Assembly (NCBI GenBank): GCA_964057225.1
Contig: OZ059897.1
Span: forward strand, 11,718,001 to 11,782,000
Reading direction: 5' to 3'
Length of the DNA stretch: 64,000 bases
From: Auanema rhodensis
Taxonomy: Eukaryota; Animalia; Nematoda
Positions 51,443-64,000 of the stretch are shown in pieces. The notes under the pieces are model-generated. The model saw only the letters and a list, made by a program, of their open reading frames with translations, was not told the DNA's origin and made no database searches. Positions within the stretch are counted from its first letter, which is position 1. Every line of letters begins with the position of its first letter. Position numbers and translations under genes: made by a program.

Positions 51443-53906
51443 TTAAACAGAGGTTTCCCGCTTGACTGTTGTTCCAAATCGAACCTGAAATTGATCAAAG
51501 TTGATTAAATCAATATTTATGCTATTCAGGTTTAAAACTATTGATTTAGTAAGTGGAACCTAATTCATGTTGCCAAGATTTGTAAAAAAAACAAGAATAA
51601 ATTAAATTACCTCCTTGTTTCTTGCAGATAATTGTTCTTTTTCTAACCATTCCATCTTATGAGCGTGTTGCTCTACAGCATCAGCGGTATTTCTATCAAT
51701 CATTTCCGAAGTTAATACACCATCTTCAGAAGCATAAGCGGAAGCCTTACACAAGAAAATTCAGTTCATATTTTTGTGTGTTTATTAATACCTGCCAACC
51801 AATAACCAATTTACTTAATTCACGACCCGAAAATCCATTAGTGCTATCAGCTACAGTTTGACATTTCTTGATCCAATCAAAATTAGCCAACTTTAAGCGT
51901 TGTCCTCGGGAACCTTATTGTTACATATATAGTTTAAAATTTAGAAAATAAGGTTATACCACTAGTAGCTGGCTTGGCAATATGTTCATCAAAATATTGT
52001 AATAAAATACGTTCTCTTTCATCTCTACCTGGCAGAGCAAATTCAACGATTTGATCCAATCTAAAATACATTATCATACAAACGCATAAAGATCGGTTTT
52101 AACCTGTCATTAACAGCCCAATCGAATTGTTCAGGTTGATTTGAAGCAACAACAAGCATAAATTTACGCGATTGTTCTCCTGTTCTGTATAAGAAGGCAT
52201 TTAAAGCCGCTCTGGTATCCTCAGACATAGCATCCTTAGATCTCTTTTGTAAGAAAGCATCAGCCTCATCAATAAACACAACAAGACTGAACTAATAATG
52301 TTTTAAAGCAAATATATTGTTTTAAAATACCCTTTACGGCTACTCTGAGCCCAATCGAAAACTTTGTGAATAGCGGATACTCCATCTCTTCCCATTGGAG
52401 CAATATCTCCTCCAGTCAGAATAGCAAAGTCGAGACCACTGTGTTGAGCTAAACTTTTAGCAAACAAGGTTTTACCAGTTCCAGGAGGTCCATAGAACAT
52501 AACGTTACGGAAAAGACCCTAGAAGAAATCGATTACCGTCGGCTCTATTAAAAAAATGTACCTGGTTTCTCTTGGTGTTGGCAGTAGTAATGGCAATATC
52601 TCTTAATCTTCTTTCTAATTCGGGCTGAAAACTTATAATTTCAAAAGTTCAAGAACATTTGTATACCGATAAAACGACTCCCTTAAGTGGATCGTTCTTC
52701 TTACGCATAATCATACTGGCAGTCTTGATTGGATGTTTCAAAGTTTCCAAAGGAGTAATTCTCGAAGTTTCACGAACAAGTGATGGTTTTCCAAGTCTGG
52801 ACTCGGCATATCTAGCCACAACAGATGTTCCTCTTTTGGCTACGTACCATCCAACCGCCACTGCAGTTAATCCTCCAACCTGAAGTATTGAATAGTATAA
52901 TGGTACTCAATTTGAAAATTACAGCAGCAGTTATTTTAGTTTTATCGCTTAAAAAGTCTTTAAGACCAGCTCCAACAACTTCTCCGGTAGTTTTAATTTT
53001 CTCTACTACGGTTTTGCGATTTTCTTCTTCATGTAATTTTAATTTCTCAAGATTCACATCCCTAAAGGAAAGAAAGTTAATTTTTACAACAGTTCGCTCA
53101 AAAAGCACCTGTTTTCTCTATCAGCTTTGGCACGAGCATGGGTTTGGGCATCAATCTTTTCTAATTCATATTTGTGCTTCAAAGCTAATTCGTGCTCAAT
53201 GGTTGCTTAAAAAAAACAGTAATTGTGGAAAGATACCACCAAAATAGTAACCTTTTCTCATAGCTTCTTGTTTCTTAACACTTTCTTCTTGCTTTCTTAA
53301 GCTATCTTCTTGAAGTTTGGCTTTCATGGACATTTCTTCTTCGGCTCGTTTACGAGCAAGTTGATCTTGATAATCAGCTCTCTGAAAGTACTCGTATTTG
53401 AATTTCATATCATGAAATATCTTACAGAGCGCGCATGTTTGGTTTCTTCCCCTAAAGTTTTTCTTCTTTCTTCTTCAGCTATTCTCATCTGGTCAGATTT
53501 CATAGCTTGAATTTGAGCTTCAACTTGCTAAAAATAAATTTAATTATTAAGATTAAAACTGAAATATATTAACCTTGGTTTGTTGTTCAACTTCCTTTTG
53601 ACGTGTAACTTCTTGGAGTCTACTCAATTCTAATGCTTCCTTAGCATTGGGGAATTTTTCCAAATCACGAGCAGCTTTAGCAGCTCGTTCAAGAGCAGAC
53701 GAGTCAAAGGAGTAGGCCATTCGAGAATTCTTATCATTCCCACCTGCAATACAAAACAAAATTTAAATTAAAAAGAGCGATATACCAGGAACACCGGCTC
53801 CTCCAGGAGCACCTGCTCCACCGGGAGCACCACCAGCACCTCCAGCATTGAAATCAGTTGGCATTGGAGGAGGCTCGTTGGGTTTCATTCCGAAAAGCCA
53901 CGACAT
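51443..53906 (-). CDS. atad-3: Mitochondrial AAA+ ATPase ATAD3
   Basis: MSWLFG; [13 protein letters not shown]; [14 protein letters not shown]; FIDEADAFL; ends KRETSV*. Confidence 0.96.
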
Positions 53907-54072
53907 CTAATAAATCAATATTAGGAACAAAAGAGAAAAAACGATTAAAATATATAAAGGTGTATAACCAATATGATAATTCAAAGAATTGAACAAATAG
54001 AATATTGTTTTTATATCATTGCAAGTAATGTACAAATCTAAAAAAAAGAGAAATAAATATGCATTGAATAAA

Positions 54073-54408
54073 TTAGGTTGAGAGATTTTGAACAACGGCT
54101 AATAAATATTCTTTATCAGGAGCAATCATTATTTCATGCTTTTTCGTACGCAGCCTAAGAAAAGTCAGATCGTTTGAACCATCTAACTCCTTTACGACGC
54201 TTCTAGATTTTTCACATAACTGTTGTAATAAAGTGGAATGTTGAGCAGTAGTGTCATCATCCAAAGTTGAGCGGATAGCCCTTCCTGAATTAAAAAAAAT
54301 TAAAATACTTTAATGTTAATGTGGTTTACCTGCGCTGTCCATTACAATAACACCAACGACACCTTTTTGAGTTTGGATGCGTTTGATAGTTTCCTCTACA
54401 TCGGACAT
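54073..54408 (-). CDS. dyrb-1: Dynein light chain roadblock
   Basis: [42 protein letters not shown]. Confidence 0.95.
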
Positions 54409-54746
54409 GCTGTAACAGTTTAAATAGAAATATAAGCAAGAGTTTAATTCATTTATGAAATGCAGATGAAATTGAAACTTGAAATTAGTTTTAATTCAGT
54501 GTTACTAAAATTCTGTTTGCTTATTGCGTCAAGGTCTAGACATTGACAGGCCGCACTACGTATTAGACCTTTAATTTTTCTCTCCAACCGAAACCAAGGG
54601 CAACTTCATCAATTGTGGTTTAAGCTAGAGATTTCGGTTATGCTTAATTACATAATTATATTCCGCTTCAAGTAATCAAAGTTCTCTTTATAGTATATTG
54701 TTCTCTTCATGTGTCTATTGCTCTTCTCTACATGCTTAATTTACAG

Positions 54747-56058
54747 ATGAAGGTTTGGACATCAGAAGAAATAGATGCTTTCGGTTTAGCATTGAATGAT
54801 GCAAAGTAGTTCTTATATTTTCAATTTTTAGCATGTATTATAAATATAGGAAACCTCTGAAAGCCCGATTTCGAGCTCTTTTCGCTTTAAGAAATATTGG
54901 ATGTGATCGCTCGGTTGATTGGATCGGAAAGTGCTTGAATGATGAGTCTGCCCTTTTGAAGCATGAATTGGCATATTGCCTTGGCCAAATGCAGAACAAG
55001 TCTGCTGTTCCTACCTTGATTTCCGTATTGAAGGATGTTAATCAAGGTGAGTACACATGTCAAGTGAAAGCGAAAGAATTCAAGATGTATTATAGAGCCA
55101 ATGGTAAGGCATGAAGCAGGAGAGGCACTTGGGGCTATCGCAGATTTAACTTCCAGAGATGTTCTTGTTGAATACTGCAAGGTACTAGTTTAAGTTTTGT
55201 GCTGGCTTGACCGTTTTTCTCATAAAGGACCCTATTCCGGAAGTATCCGAAACTTGTGAACTAGCTTTACTTCGACTTGATTGGGTACATAAAAATGATG
55301 ATCAAACTAGAAGCCCATACGATAGTGTTGGTAATGCTTCGAATCATTTTTTTGTCCTATCTCTACCTTTAAGATCCTACACCTTCTTCTGGTTGTGAGA
55401 ATATTGCTGAACTGTCGGCAACTCTATGTAGCTCTGAAAAATCACTTTGGGAACGTTATAAGGCCATGTTCAAACTGAGAAACATTAATACTGATGAATC
55501 CATTTCTGCTCTTGCACAAGGTATATTATTTATTTTGAACAAGATTTAAGATTCTTCAACCGACATTTCATTTAGGTTTATACTGTGAAGATAGCGCTCT
55601 CTTCAGACATGAAGTTGCTTACGTGTTGGGACAAGTACAATCACCCGTAGCTGTTAAAGAATTGAAAGATCGTCTATTTTTACCCACAGAGGTTTGTTAG
55701 ATTTTTGATACTTATACTAGTAGATATATATTTCTAATGATTAGTTTTTTTTAATTGATTAGTGTTTTGAGCTTTGATTGTTTTTTTGTTTTTTTAAATC
55801 TATTTTTGGAATTTAAATTATTCAGAATTGCATGGTTCGACATGAATGTGCCGAAGCCCTTGGTTCTATAGCTACTGAAGAATGTACAGAAATTTTAAAA
55901 CAGTATGCTAAGGATGAGGAGGTATATATGATATTTGAACTGTTATTGTTACTTTCTACCGGTTTTAGAGAGTAGTTAGAGAAAGTTGTGAAGTGGCTTT
56001 GGACATGGCCGAGTATGAGAATAGTGCCGAGTTACAATACGCTAAAATTGACCAATAA
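54747..56058 (+). CDS. dohh-1: Deoxyhypusine hydroxylase
   Basis: [12 protein letters not shown]; [16 protein letters not shown]; [13 protein letters not shown]; [14 protein letters not shown]; [13 protein letters not shown]. Confidence 0.95.
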
Positions 56059-56211
56059 TTTTGTTAAAATTTTGTTGTTGTTTATTTTGTTGTTGTTGTT
56101 TTTGTTTTTGTATTAAAGACTATGCTGAAACTGTCATTCTGATTTTTGGTATGTACCATTTCCTATTTCTTAACGAAAAGAGTACAAAAAACGTAGTTGA
56201 ACTTGTTTAGA

Positions 56212-57759
56212 ATGAAGGGGCGATTTAGTTTGTTAGCTAATATTCTTATACGAAGGTCTTCTCAAAGACTTTACCGAACGTCTTCTGATAGTCCTGTAAG
56301 TGCTGTTATATTGCATTGGAAGTTATTTATATTCTCTCTAGAATTCCTTCTCTAGTGCAGATGTTGGCAAATTGTATGAAATTCCTAAGGAAGTTGTATC
56401 GCAGCTTCAATTTCAAGTTCGTTAATTATGTATTATTATCAACAAAATAAATGAACTATAGAAAACATTACCTTCTCCTCTGAAAAAACAATTTGATACT
56501 CTGGGTGAGCTAGTTTTGATGTTACGTTCACCTTTAATGGAGGTTTGTTTTAATACATGTGTTTGGTCATTGTGTTTGTTTTTCTTTGAAGGTTACAGCT
56601 GTTATGGATGCTGTCAGACCTACTTTCCCTTCTATAAGGACTGTGCTATGGGGACCTTTTGGTACTGGTAAAAGTGTGACAGTAAATCAAGTAGTTCATT
56701 ATGCTAGTTCCAATGAATGGATAGTGGTTCATGTACCTTCTGGTATTAATAAAAAAAAGAACTATTCGTCATTGTGTAATCTATTTTTAATTCAGCTATG
56801 CATTTCACCAGAAGAGTTGTTGAAGTTGAAATGTCTACTCATAAGGCAGGAAGAATCAATGATCCGATTAATGCAGTTGCCATATTGAATCAATTTAAGC
56901 ACCAGGTTGTTTGTGTATCTCTTAATTACTTATTTTATGCTTTAGAACCAAGCTGTGTGGAAATCTCTCTCTGAATTGAGAACAAAAAAAAATTATGAAT
57001 GGACAAAGAACGAGAAAACTGCTGAAGATAAACCTGTAACAGATATCATCGAAATGGCATGATATTCTAGAATATGAATAGTTTAAATTGATGTTTTTTT
57101 AGGGCTTGTCTGCTCCTTTCCTTGCTACTGATTGCGTGGGTGCTCTTCTGTCTGAATTGAAGCATCATGCTTCCCAGGGAACCATCAAGGTTGCCGTAGC
57201 TATTGACGATTCGAATTCTCTTTGGGGTAAAACATTAGTTAAGAAAGCGGATAGAACATATGTAATACCAAGTCTAATAATATAATTTTAAAATTTTATT
57301 TCAGGCTGACGCCAAAGAACTTACTCTCGTTCACCATTTCAGAAAATTCATTAATAATGATTGGGTTAGCAGTTGACGTATATAATGAAATAATAGAATT
57401 CTATTTCAGACAAACGGCCTTATAATGTTGGTTGCTGATAAAAAGGAAGTTTCTGATGCCAGAGATCATCTTACTGTTCCTAAGCATACTCCATTAGAAC
57501 TATTTGGTGAAGAAGGGTTCGAAGCTATTGAGCCATTCATTCCTATTGAGACATCTCAATATACCGAGGAGGAAATTAAGAATATGTATAATTATTATTA
57601 TGATAAACAATGGATTTCTACTAAAGAAGGTTTAGTTAATTTTCTCAAAAAATTTAAATGTTGCTTTCTTAAGGACGCACGGAAACTGGTAAACTTCAGA
57701 TGATGCATCTCAGTGGTTTTAATCCTCATTACTTTGAAAGATTAGCTGCCTTTAATTAA
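56212..57759 (+). CDS. dap-3: Mitochondrial ribosomal protein S29/DAP3
   Basis: VLWGPFGTGKSVT P-loop; ATDCVGALLSELK; VAIDDSNSLWG; ELFGEEGFEAIEPFIPIET. Confidence 0.92.
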
Positions 57760-57918
57760 GATTTGCTTAGATTCTTTAAATAGACTAGTTTCAAAATTGT
57801 TATGTACATTGTTGATTTGTTATACAAATAAATTGTAACTTTATTAAATTCACAGAAACAGTTTATTATTCCATTCACATTGGTCAGCTGCAATTAGGTA
57901 AACATTTATCACTAGAGA

Positions 57919-58244
57919 TCACAATAATATCAGTATCACGTAATGTTCTGATATTAGTATCGTCGATACTTTAGTAATTGTTTCAAAAAATGAGCTGGAA
58001 TTTCAAATTGAGGAGCTGAAAAAAAAACAAATTTTCCGAACTTTTAGCTATAAGAATTTAGACTTACTATCTTTTCGTTTGAGAAGATACATAATGTCTC
58101 GTGTTTCGTCAAAATTTTCCTCATTTGATAAATCTTAAGGTATGGAATATGATTAAGCAAAGATTAAAACTATGTGAAATTATTACCAAGAGCCAGGGTC
58201 ATAACAATAGCCAGAAGTAGTAGTAGGATGTGGCGTTTGCTCAT
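57919..58244 (-). CDS. Small secreted peptide precursor (neuropeptide-like, ~74 aa); 3' end uncertain
   Basis: Three GT-AG-linked exons: MSKRHILLLLLAIVMTLAL | DLSNEENFDETRDIMYLLKRKD | TPQFEIPAHFLKQLLK..; signal peptide plus KRK site. Confidence 0.6.
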
Positions 58245-60278
58245 CTGAAGATTAAAAAATAGAACAAAAATAGTTGCAAATATGATATTTGTAAGAGCGA
58301 ATAAGTTTCAAGAAATAAAAGTATAGCTAAGTATATTCAGAAAGTACTTTATTGCAAAATTTGGTTAGATCTGTATATGTGATGAGATGAAATGAAATTA
58401 TCAAATAAAACCTAATATGCTTTCAGGCGACTGTTTATATCTCAGGTATGATATTTTCATATTGAAAAATATTGCTTTTCAAATAATAGTAAAAAGGAAT
58501 TCTGATAAGTATTTTTCATTAGAATAGAATTAGAATCTTGGGAAACGAGAAGCATATGATCTGAGAGCTAGTTTAAGTATTTAGGGATATAAGAGCAAAC
58601 GCTAATTTTTAAAATTGAAACGGTCTGATAAGGTCCATCAAACCTAAATGGCTGAAATGAAATACTTTCGATTTAAAACCAACAAGTCCGAAACCAGCTC
58701 AAAACAAACTCTAACCAAATTAGTTGACGATGGAAAAACTGATGAAGGGGAGGGACTTTGACAAAAAAAAATGACATCAGGCTTATTCGTTAAGTATAAA
58801 GTAGGAAATATATGTACATCCGAGTCGAAAAATAGCTACATTTGACCAGAAGAGCTGAAAAAGTGCTGGTTCGGAAATAAAGAAGTGAATACATATTAAG
58901 ATAATATAAAATAATTCTTTTACATCAAGTTGCAAGAAGCTTATGTACAAGAAATATTGAGTAGTGGAAGTTGCAGAGAGAATATGAGAAGTCATTTAAT
59001 TTGGTTAAGAAAGCGAGGATATCAAACTTTTTTAACCAAAAAAAAAATTTTATGTTCTGGAAAGTTGTTCTATAGCAACCAAATATTAATTTAAAAATAA
59101 TACCAAGCTGCCACATTTCAATTTCTCAACTCGATAGATAAACAACCAACTTATGAATAGACGTGTACGAAATATATCCGGTAAGATGATTAATTGTGCG
59201 TTCATTGTTGCGTTTTCTGTATAGAAGCTAGACATTCAGCAGAAGTCTCTTCCGGAGGTATAAGGGAGCATAGACCAGACGGGGGTCACTTCTGATGATA
59301 TCCTTTTCTGCGGCGTCGTATCTCTCTCAATGGGAGTATGTAGAGAAGAATATATAGATTAATTTGAAATTCACAACTAATCTTCGCGAAAACAAGCGAA
59401 CAGATAGATTGTAGAATTTTATATTTGTTAATGAAATCCATCTTTAAGTAATAAAAGGCCAATAGCGTATACGACTAGAAGCAGAGTTGTTCAGACAGCC
59501 TACGCCAAAAGGCAAGAAATAACTGGAAAAGACTTAACTGCAGTATTCCGAAATTGTGAATTGTAAACAGATATTATACTTAATTAAAATTCTATTATTG
59601 GATTAATGAAGAGAGGGAACAGATTAGAAATTGTTTAAGTTACTAGAGTCAAGTCTGTGTCATACGGTTGTAGCAGTATAATCACAATTTAATAAACTAA
59701 ATTCAATTTGTATAACTTTATATATTCGTGTATATCAAATGTATCTTAGAAACTAAGACAATTATATTTATGAGATTAGAACATTTAATAAAATGAATAA
59801 AAAAGTTTTGGCTTGAACGTTTCATATTACTTACTTTCAAAAGTAGATAAGACATAACCATAAATATGTATATATGTATATATACTATGTATTTACTTCA
59901 ACTTTCTGCACAAATGTAATTTTTAGGAAGAATATCATTATTTTGAAAATATTTCCTTCCTAATTCTCGAATACCATTTTAGCGTTTTTAGAACTACATG
60001 AATGAAGAATATATATATAGATAGATAGATAGATTATTTGGAACTAGCTGATTTTGTTTATTGACTTATGAAAAGATAGAAACACAAAAAAAGTTAAATA
60101 TATTGCATCAGGAAGCAGAGCAATACATAATCCCACTCAGATGATGCCTATTTCCCAAGTGCCTTCCATCAACTTCCTCAAATTACTTTGTAACAATTAG
60201 AAAATTAATTTTTCATTTATTATATACTTTATTTTAACATTAACAGAAACTATAGAAAATATGATTATAAACAACTAT

Positions 60279-61814
60279 CTAGAACAGCCACCATGTTTTC
60301 TTTTTATTTTTTCCAATATCGTTTTCTAGATCCTTCAAAAACTTGTGACAATACTTCTGTATCCTGGTGTCCGAAGATCGACTTAAAAATACAGCTTTTT
60401 TGGCATAATCCAGAGCTTCTTCCTTAAAAAAATATAAAATAGAAGACGAGTATCTGATGTATAAACCTTATGACCCGTATGGTATAAAGCTTCAGCGTAA
60501 TTGCAATAGTAACCGGGGATAATATCAGCACATTCGTTCACGTAAAGAATTCTTTCAATTCCCATTTTCAAATATTTGGCTGCCAATTCAAATCTAAAAT
60601 CACCAGTAGATTTATAGTTTCAATTATTCTCATTTTATAAATTATAAGAAATCGTTAAGTACCTATTACGAACAATGAGTGCAGCTCCGAAATTATTTAG
60701 TAAATTAACAGAATGAGATGAACTAGCGCCAAAAATTTGATAGGAAATCTGAATAAATTGTTGTCATATAGTCGTATACATGCTCGAGTCAACCTTCATA
60801 ACTTCATCCATATATTCTTCGGCTTCACGCAATCTATCTTCATCAGCAAATTTAATCTAAACAACCGTCAAAAATGTCAGCAAGAAAGTAGACTCACTAG
60901 AAAATGAGCATAATTTTCCAACGCCATGCCGAATAAGGCAATTGGATCAGTATAAGCTGCACCCAAAGTGTCAACCATGTGCTTGTCTTCGACTAATGCA
61001 CCATGAGCTACAGAATACTTTCGTGTATGTTCTTCCATAACCTATTAAAGAAGCCATTAGTGTTTAATGGTTAGACAAATTATCTGAATTACCATCATTT
61101 GCTTTCGAACACAATGCTTGAAACCAGATTCAGCATTCTTCAAATCACCTTTCTGTGCAAAAATATCAGCTAATTTCAAGGAAACGCCTATAAACTCAGG
61201 ATCTTTATCCTTTTTTCCATGAAGTTCCATAAGTCTAAAAAAACAACTATTAATAAATTATATAAATAATTAATCACCGTTTAATAACAATTCTAAAATT
61301 AGCTTCTGCTTCTTCTAAATTTCCCATCTGATAAAAGGTGTTGGCAATTTCGTCATATACTCGAGTGATAGGTAATTCTTCTTTTCTTTCAAAGGCTTCT
61401 TCCAAAGCAATTTGCAAAACTTGGATGGCATCAGTATATTTGCCATATTTACGATGAAGCCAAGACTGAGAAAAAATAAGGATACTAGTTTTATTAATAC
61501 GATGTTACCTGCTTGATTTTCGCTTTCAATGGATCATCGTCCAATTTCAGACCTTCTAAGCCAAGCATATCTTTAACGGTAACTAGCCAGGACATTCCAA
61601 GCAATGGAGCACCAAATCTCGTATACCATTTTCTAGAAGAAACTTTTGAAATAGATAAACCAGCACTGAGAAACCTATGACTGCTATAACTTCTACCATG
61701 AGATCCATATCTTTCCCTGCGTTCTCTGAACGGTTCTATCTTCCCAACGCAACTTGATGAAGGAAGAGTTCTAGAAAAAAGCGGCCTAGCATGCCTAATT
61801 ACCGTATGAAGCAT
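60279..61814 (-). CDS. TTC19: Mitochondrial TPR protein TTC19-like (ddl-3 family)
   Basis: Arg/Ser-rich presequence; ITRVYDEIANTFYQMGNLEEAEANFRIVI; FIGVSLKLADIFAQKG; TPR-like repeats. Confidence 0.8.
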
Positions 61815-61982
61815 CTAAGTTACAAATTTAAATTTATTTACGAATAGCAATCTCATACGAAAAGTATTAATTCGTGAACGTAACATTGAACAAAAACAAA
61901 AAATATATATATTTCAGAATATTTAATATTATAGAATATATTATCGCTTTAATTTCCTAATAAATATTACTATCTTGAACTC

Positions 61983-62482
61983 TTAGTCCATTTTCAAAGC
62001 AAAACTAGAACCACATGAACATCCCTTTTCCGCTACAGGGTTATTAACTATTCGGAAAGAAGCTTTCATCAAATCTTCAGCATAATCCAAGGTTGCACCT
62101 TTTACATATCCTAGGGAAAGCTGTAAAAGTTTATTATGAACAAAAAAAAGTTATAATTAACCTCATCAATTACGACCTCCACTTGATCATCCTTCCAAAG
62201 ATGATCATCGTCATTGATCTTACGATCCACCTTTATTTTGTATTCAAATCCAGAACAACCTCCACCATCAACTTCTACACGTAGTCGTTCTCCTGACTCA
62301 AGACAATCCTAAACACCGAGATTGTTCTCCATGTTTATAAATTTTCAAACTTTTAATTGGATTTTCGCCCTCTGTGATACCATAAAATCGCTGGCGGATA
62401 AAACTCTAGTGGTGGCAGAAGAACAGAAACTCGTTGACGGAATATGTACAAGCGCTCGAGTTAAGAAAAGACGTGAAAACAT
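61983..62482 (-). CDS. ISCA2: Iron-sulfur cluster assembly protein ISCA2
   Basis: [15 protein letters not shown]; [33 protein letters not shown]. Confidence 0.93.
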
Positions 62483-62891
62483 CTTGAACCAATTGTAGAA
62501 CAATTTATTTAGAAATTAAATACATTAATAGGCTTAAACCGTTAGATTTAGTTACTTTTAGACTCTGTAAAAGCCTTTATTAACATCTTATTTACACTCT
62601 TAGCGAATTATGAAAGTAGCTGATTAAAGCCTATGACAAGAGATGGGGGCAATGTTGCACATTTTGTTTATTGCAGAAATGAAAAGATGAAACTGAATAA
62701 TGAGTATATGAGTATACGAGTAAAAATATATGAAATTTGTAAAGCAAGTCCTGTATTAATTGAATCCTATAAGTTGGGGTAAATCAATGCATAAATGAAG
62801 AAAAAAAAAAGTTAATTGTTATGAGAAATAAAGAATATACATAGCAGATGCAGGGAAGTAGAATAGATATTAATTATTTATACGAATTTTA

Positions 62892-63854
62892 TTACCTACG
62901 AACAGGTGCGGAAGGACTGGGTTGGTTGACACGACGACGCTGCCGTTCAAATCGTCTTAAAATCAGTATAAGAACTATTGTTAGTACTTGACACTTACCT
63001 CTCCATTTCATCCAATAACCTTGGGGTATAACGAACAACCAACTTAACAGTACCTTGAGCAGACTTTAATAAATCAACAGCCTTCTCATGGCATTCTGTC
63101 TCAACGTTCTAAAAAGTTGTTTAAAATATATAACGAATATTAAACGAATATACCACTCCATTCACAGCAATAAGTTGATCTCCACGCTTTAAACCACCGT
63201 GTCTATCAGCAACACCTCCTGGTATAATTCTAAAGCTTTATCTTGAGATAGAGAAAACAGTAGAATATAAGTGAAAAAGAGAATAATGCACAAAAAATAT
63301 ATGATAAAAACTTAAATAATTTCATATATAAATGAACACGAATTGCAAAAAATATATAAATTTGCAAAAATAACGAAAGAGCGTTAGAAAAACATCGTAC
63401 CTTGATATATATATGGGAGAATTTTGCTCCTTCCCACCCATAACGTTAAAACCTAGTCCTTGATCCGTTTTCGGTAGTTCAACAACACGAGGATGAGCAT
63501 GCCCTTCAGCTGCGGCAAAAGCAGCAACTGTAGCTTTAGCTGTAGCAGATGCTCTAACCTATAATTTCAAGATTAGAAGTATATAGAAAAAAAATAAAAC
63601 CTCTGGAGATCCTTCTATATCTACTGTTTCATAAACACTCTCATAAACTTCACGAACGGTGTTAAAAAATTCGGATTGTAGTATTTTTTGTAGAGTAAGA
63701 AGTTTTGGAGACGAAACTTCTCCCGTTTTTTTGACGTGCTCAATTAACTCAAGAATTCGATGTATATCTGCAATATTAGCTTTAGATAATTACAAAAACC
63801 TGTTGAATTAATACCTCTTTCGAGATTAGGTTTCTCTTGAACAGGACGCTCCAT
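62892..63854 (-). CDS. lin-7: L27/PDZ scaffold LIN-7
   Basis: [14 protein letters not shown]; [68 protein letters not shown]. Confidence 0.96.
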
Positions 63855-64000
63855 GATTATATTAAATCTAAAAAATAAATACAATAATAACACATTTGAA
63901 ATTAATTAAAAAGTAATAAATAACGAAAAACGTCAAGTTTAACAAATAAAGATAAACATACTTTTAAACATTTACTATAAAAAAAATAACAAAAACAAAC

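Noticed and set aside
62528-62634. TAGGCTTAA / TTAAAGCCTA short inverted, telomere-like words as a MITE or DNA-elimination break site
   Set aside because: Only ~10 bp and imperfect, with no TTAGGC array; cannot be supported

Overview
AT-rich, gene-dense eukaryotic DNA with short (~45 nt) introns and trans-splice-like acceptors. It is best read as a rhabditid (clade V) nematode genome, because several adjacent gene pairs match C. elegans clusters as I recall them. The ORF track is fragmented by introns, so gene models were stitched by eye. Host genes in order: Reeler-EGF-ShK-nitrobindin protein, cyn-4, MADF protein, etc-1/UBE3C, eIF2B-epsilon, an X-box-controlled Ser-rich unknown, a small Cys-rich single-pass protein, a FoxJ2/3-type forkhead (fkh-8-like), che-11/IFT140, cwn-1, a Protor/PRR5-like HbrB protein, ceh-19, atad-3, dyrb-1, dohh-1, dap-3, a small secreted peptide precursor, TTC19, ISCA2 and lin-7. 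The main anomaly is a 12.2-kb block (18843-31048) made almost entirely of dead, nested transposons: Maverick protease remnant, Merlin, DD34D mariner, DD37D maT, a gag-only Gypsy LTR element with a tRNA-Gln PBS, and BEL. The block is quasi-palindromic and ends in a perfect hairpin. It is bracketed by an apparently identical 706-bp direct duplication carrying a host upstream region plus first exon that points into the block. All homology calls come from recognised motifs, not database searches.
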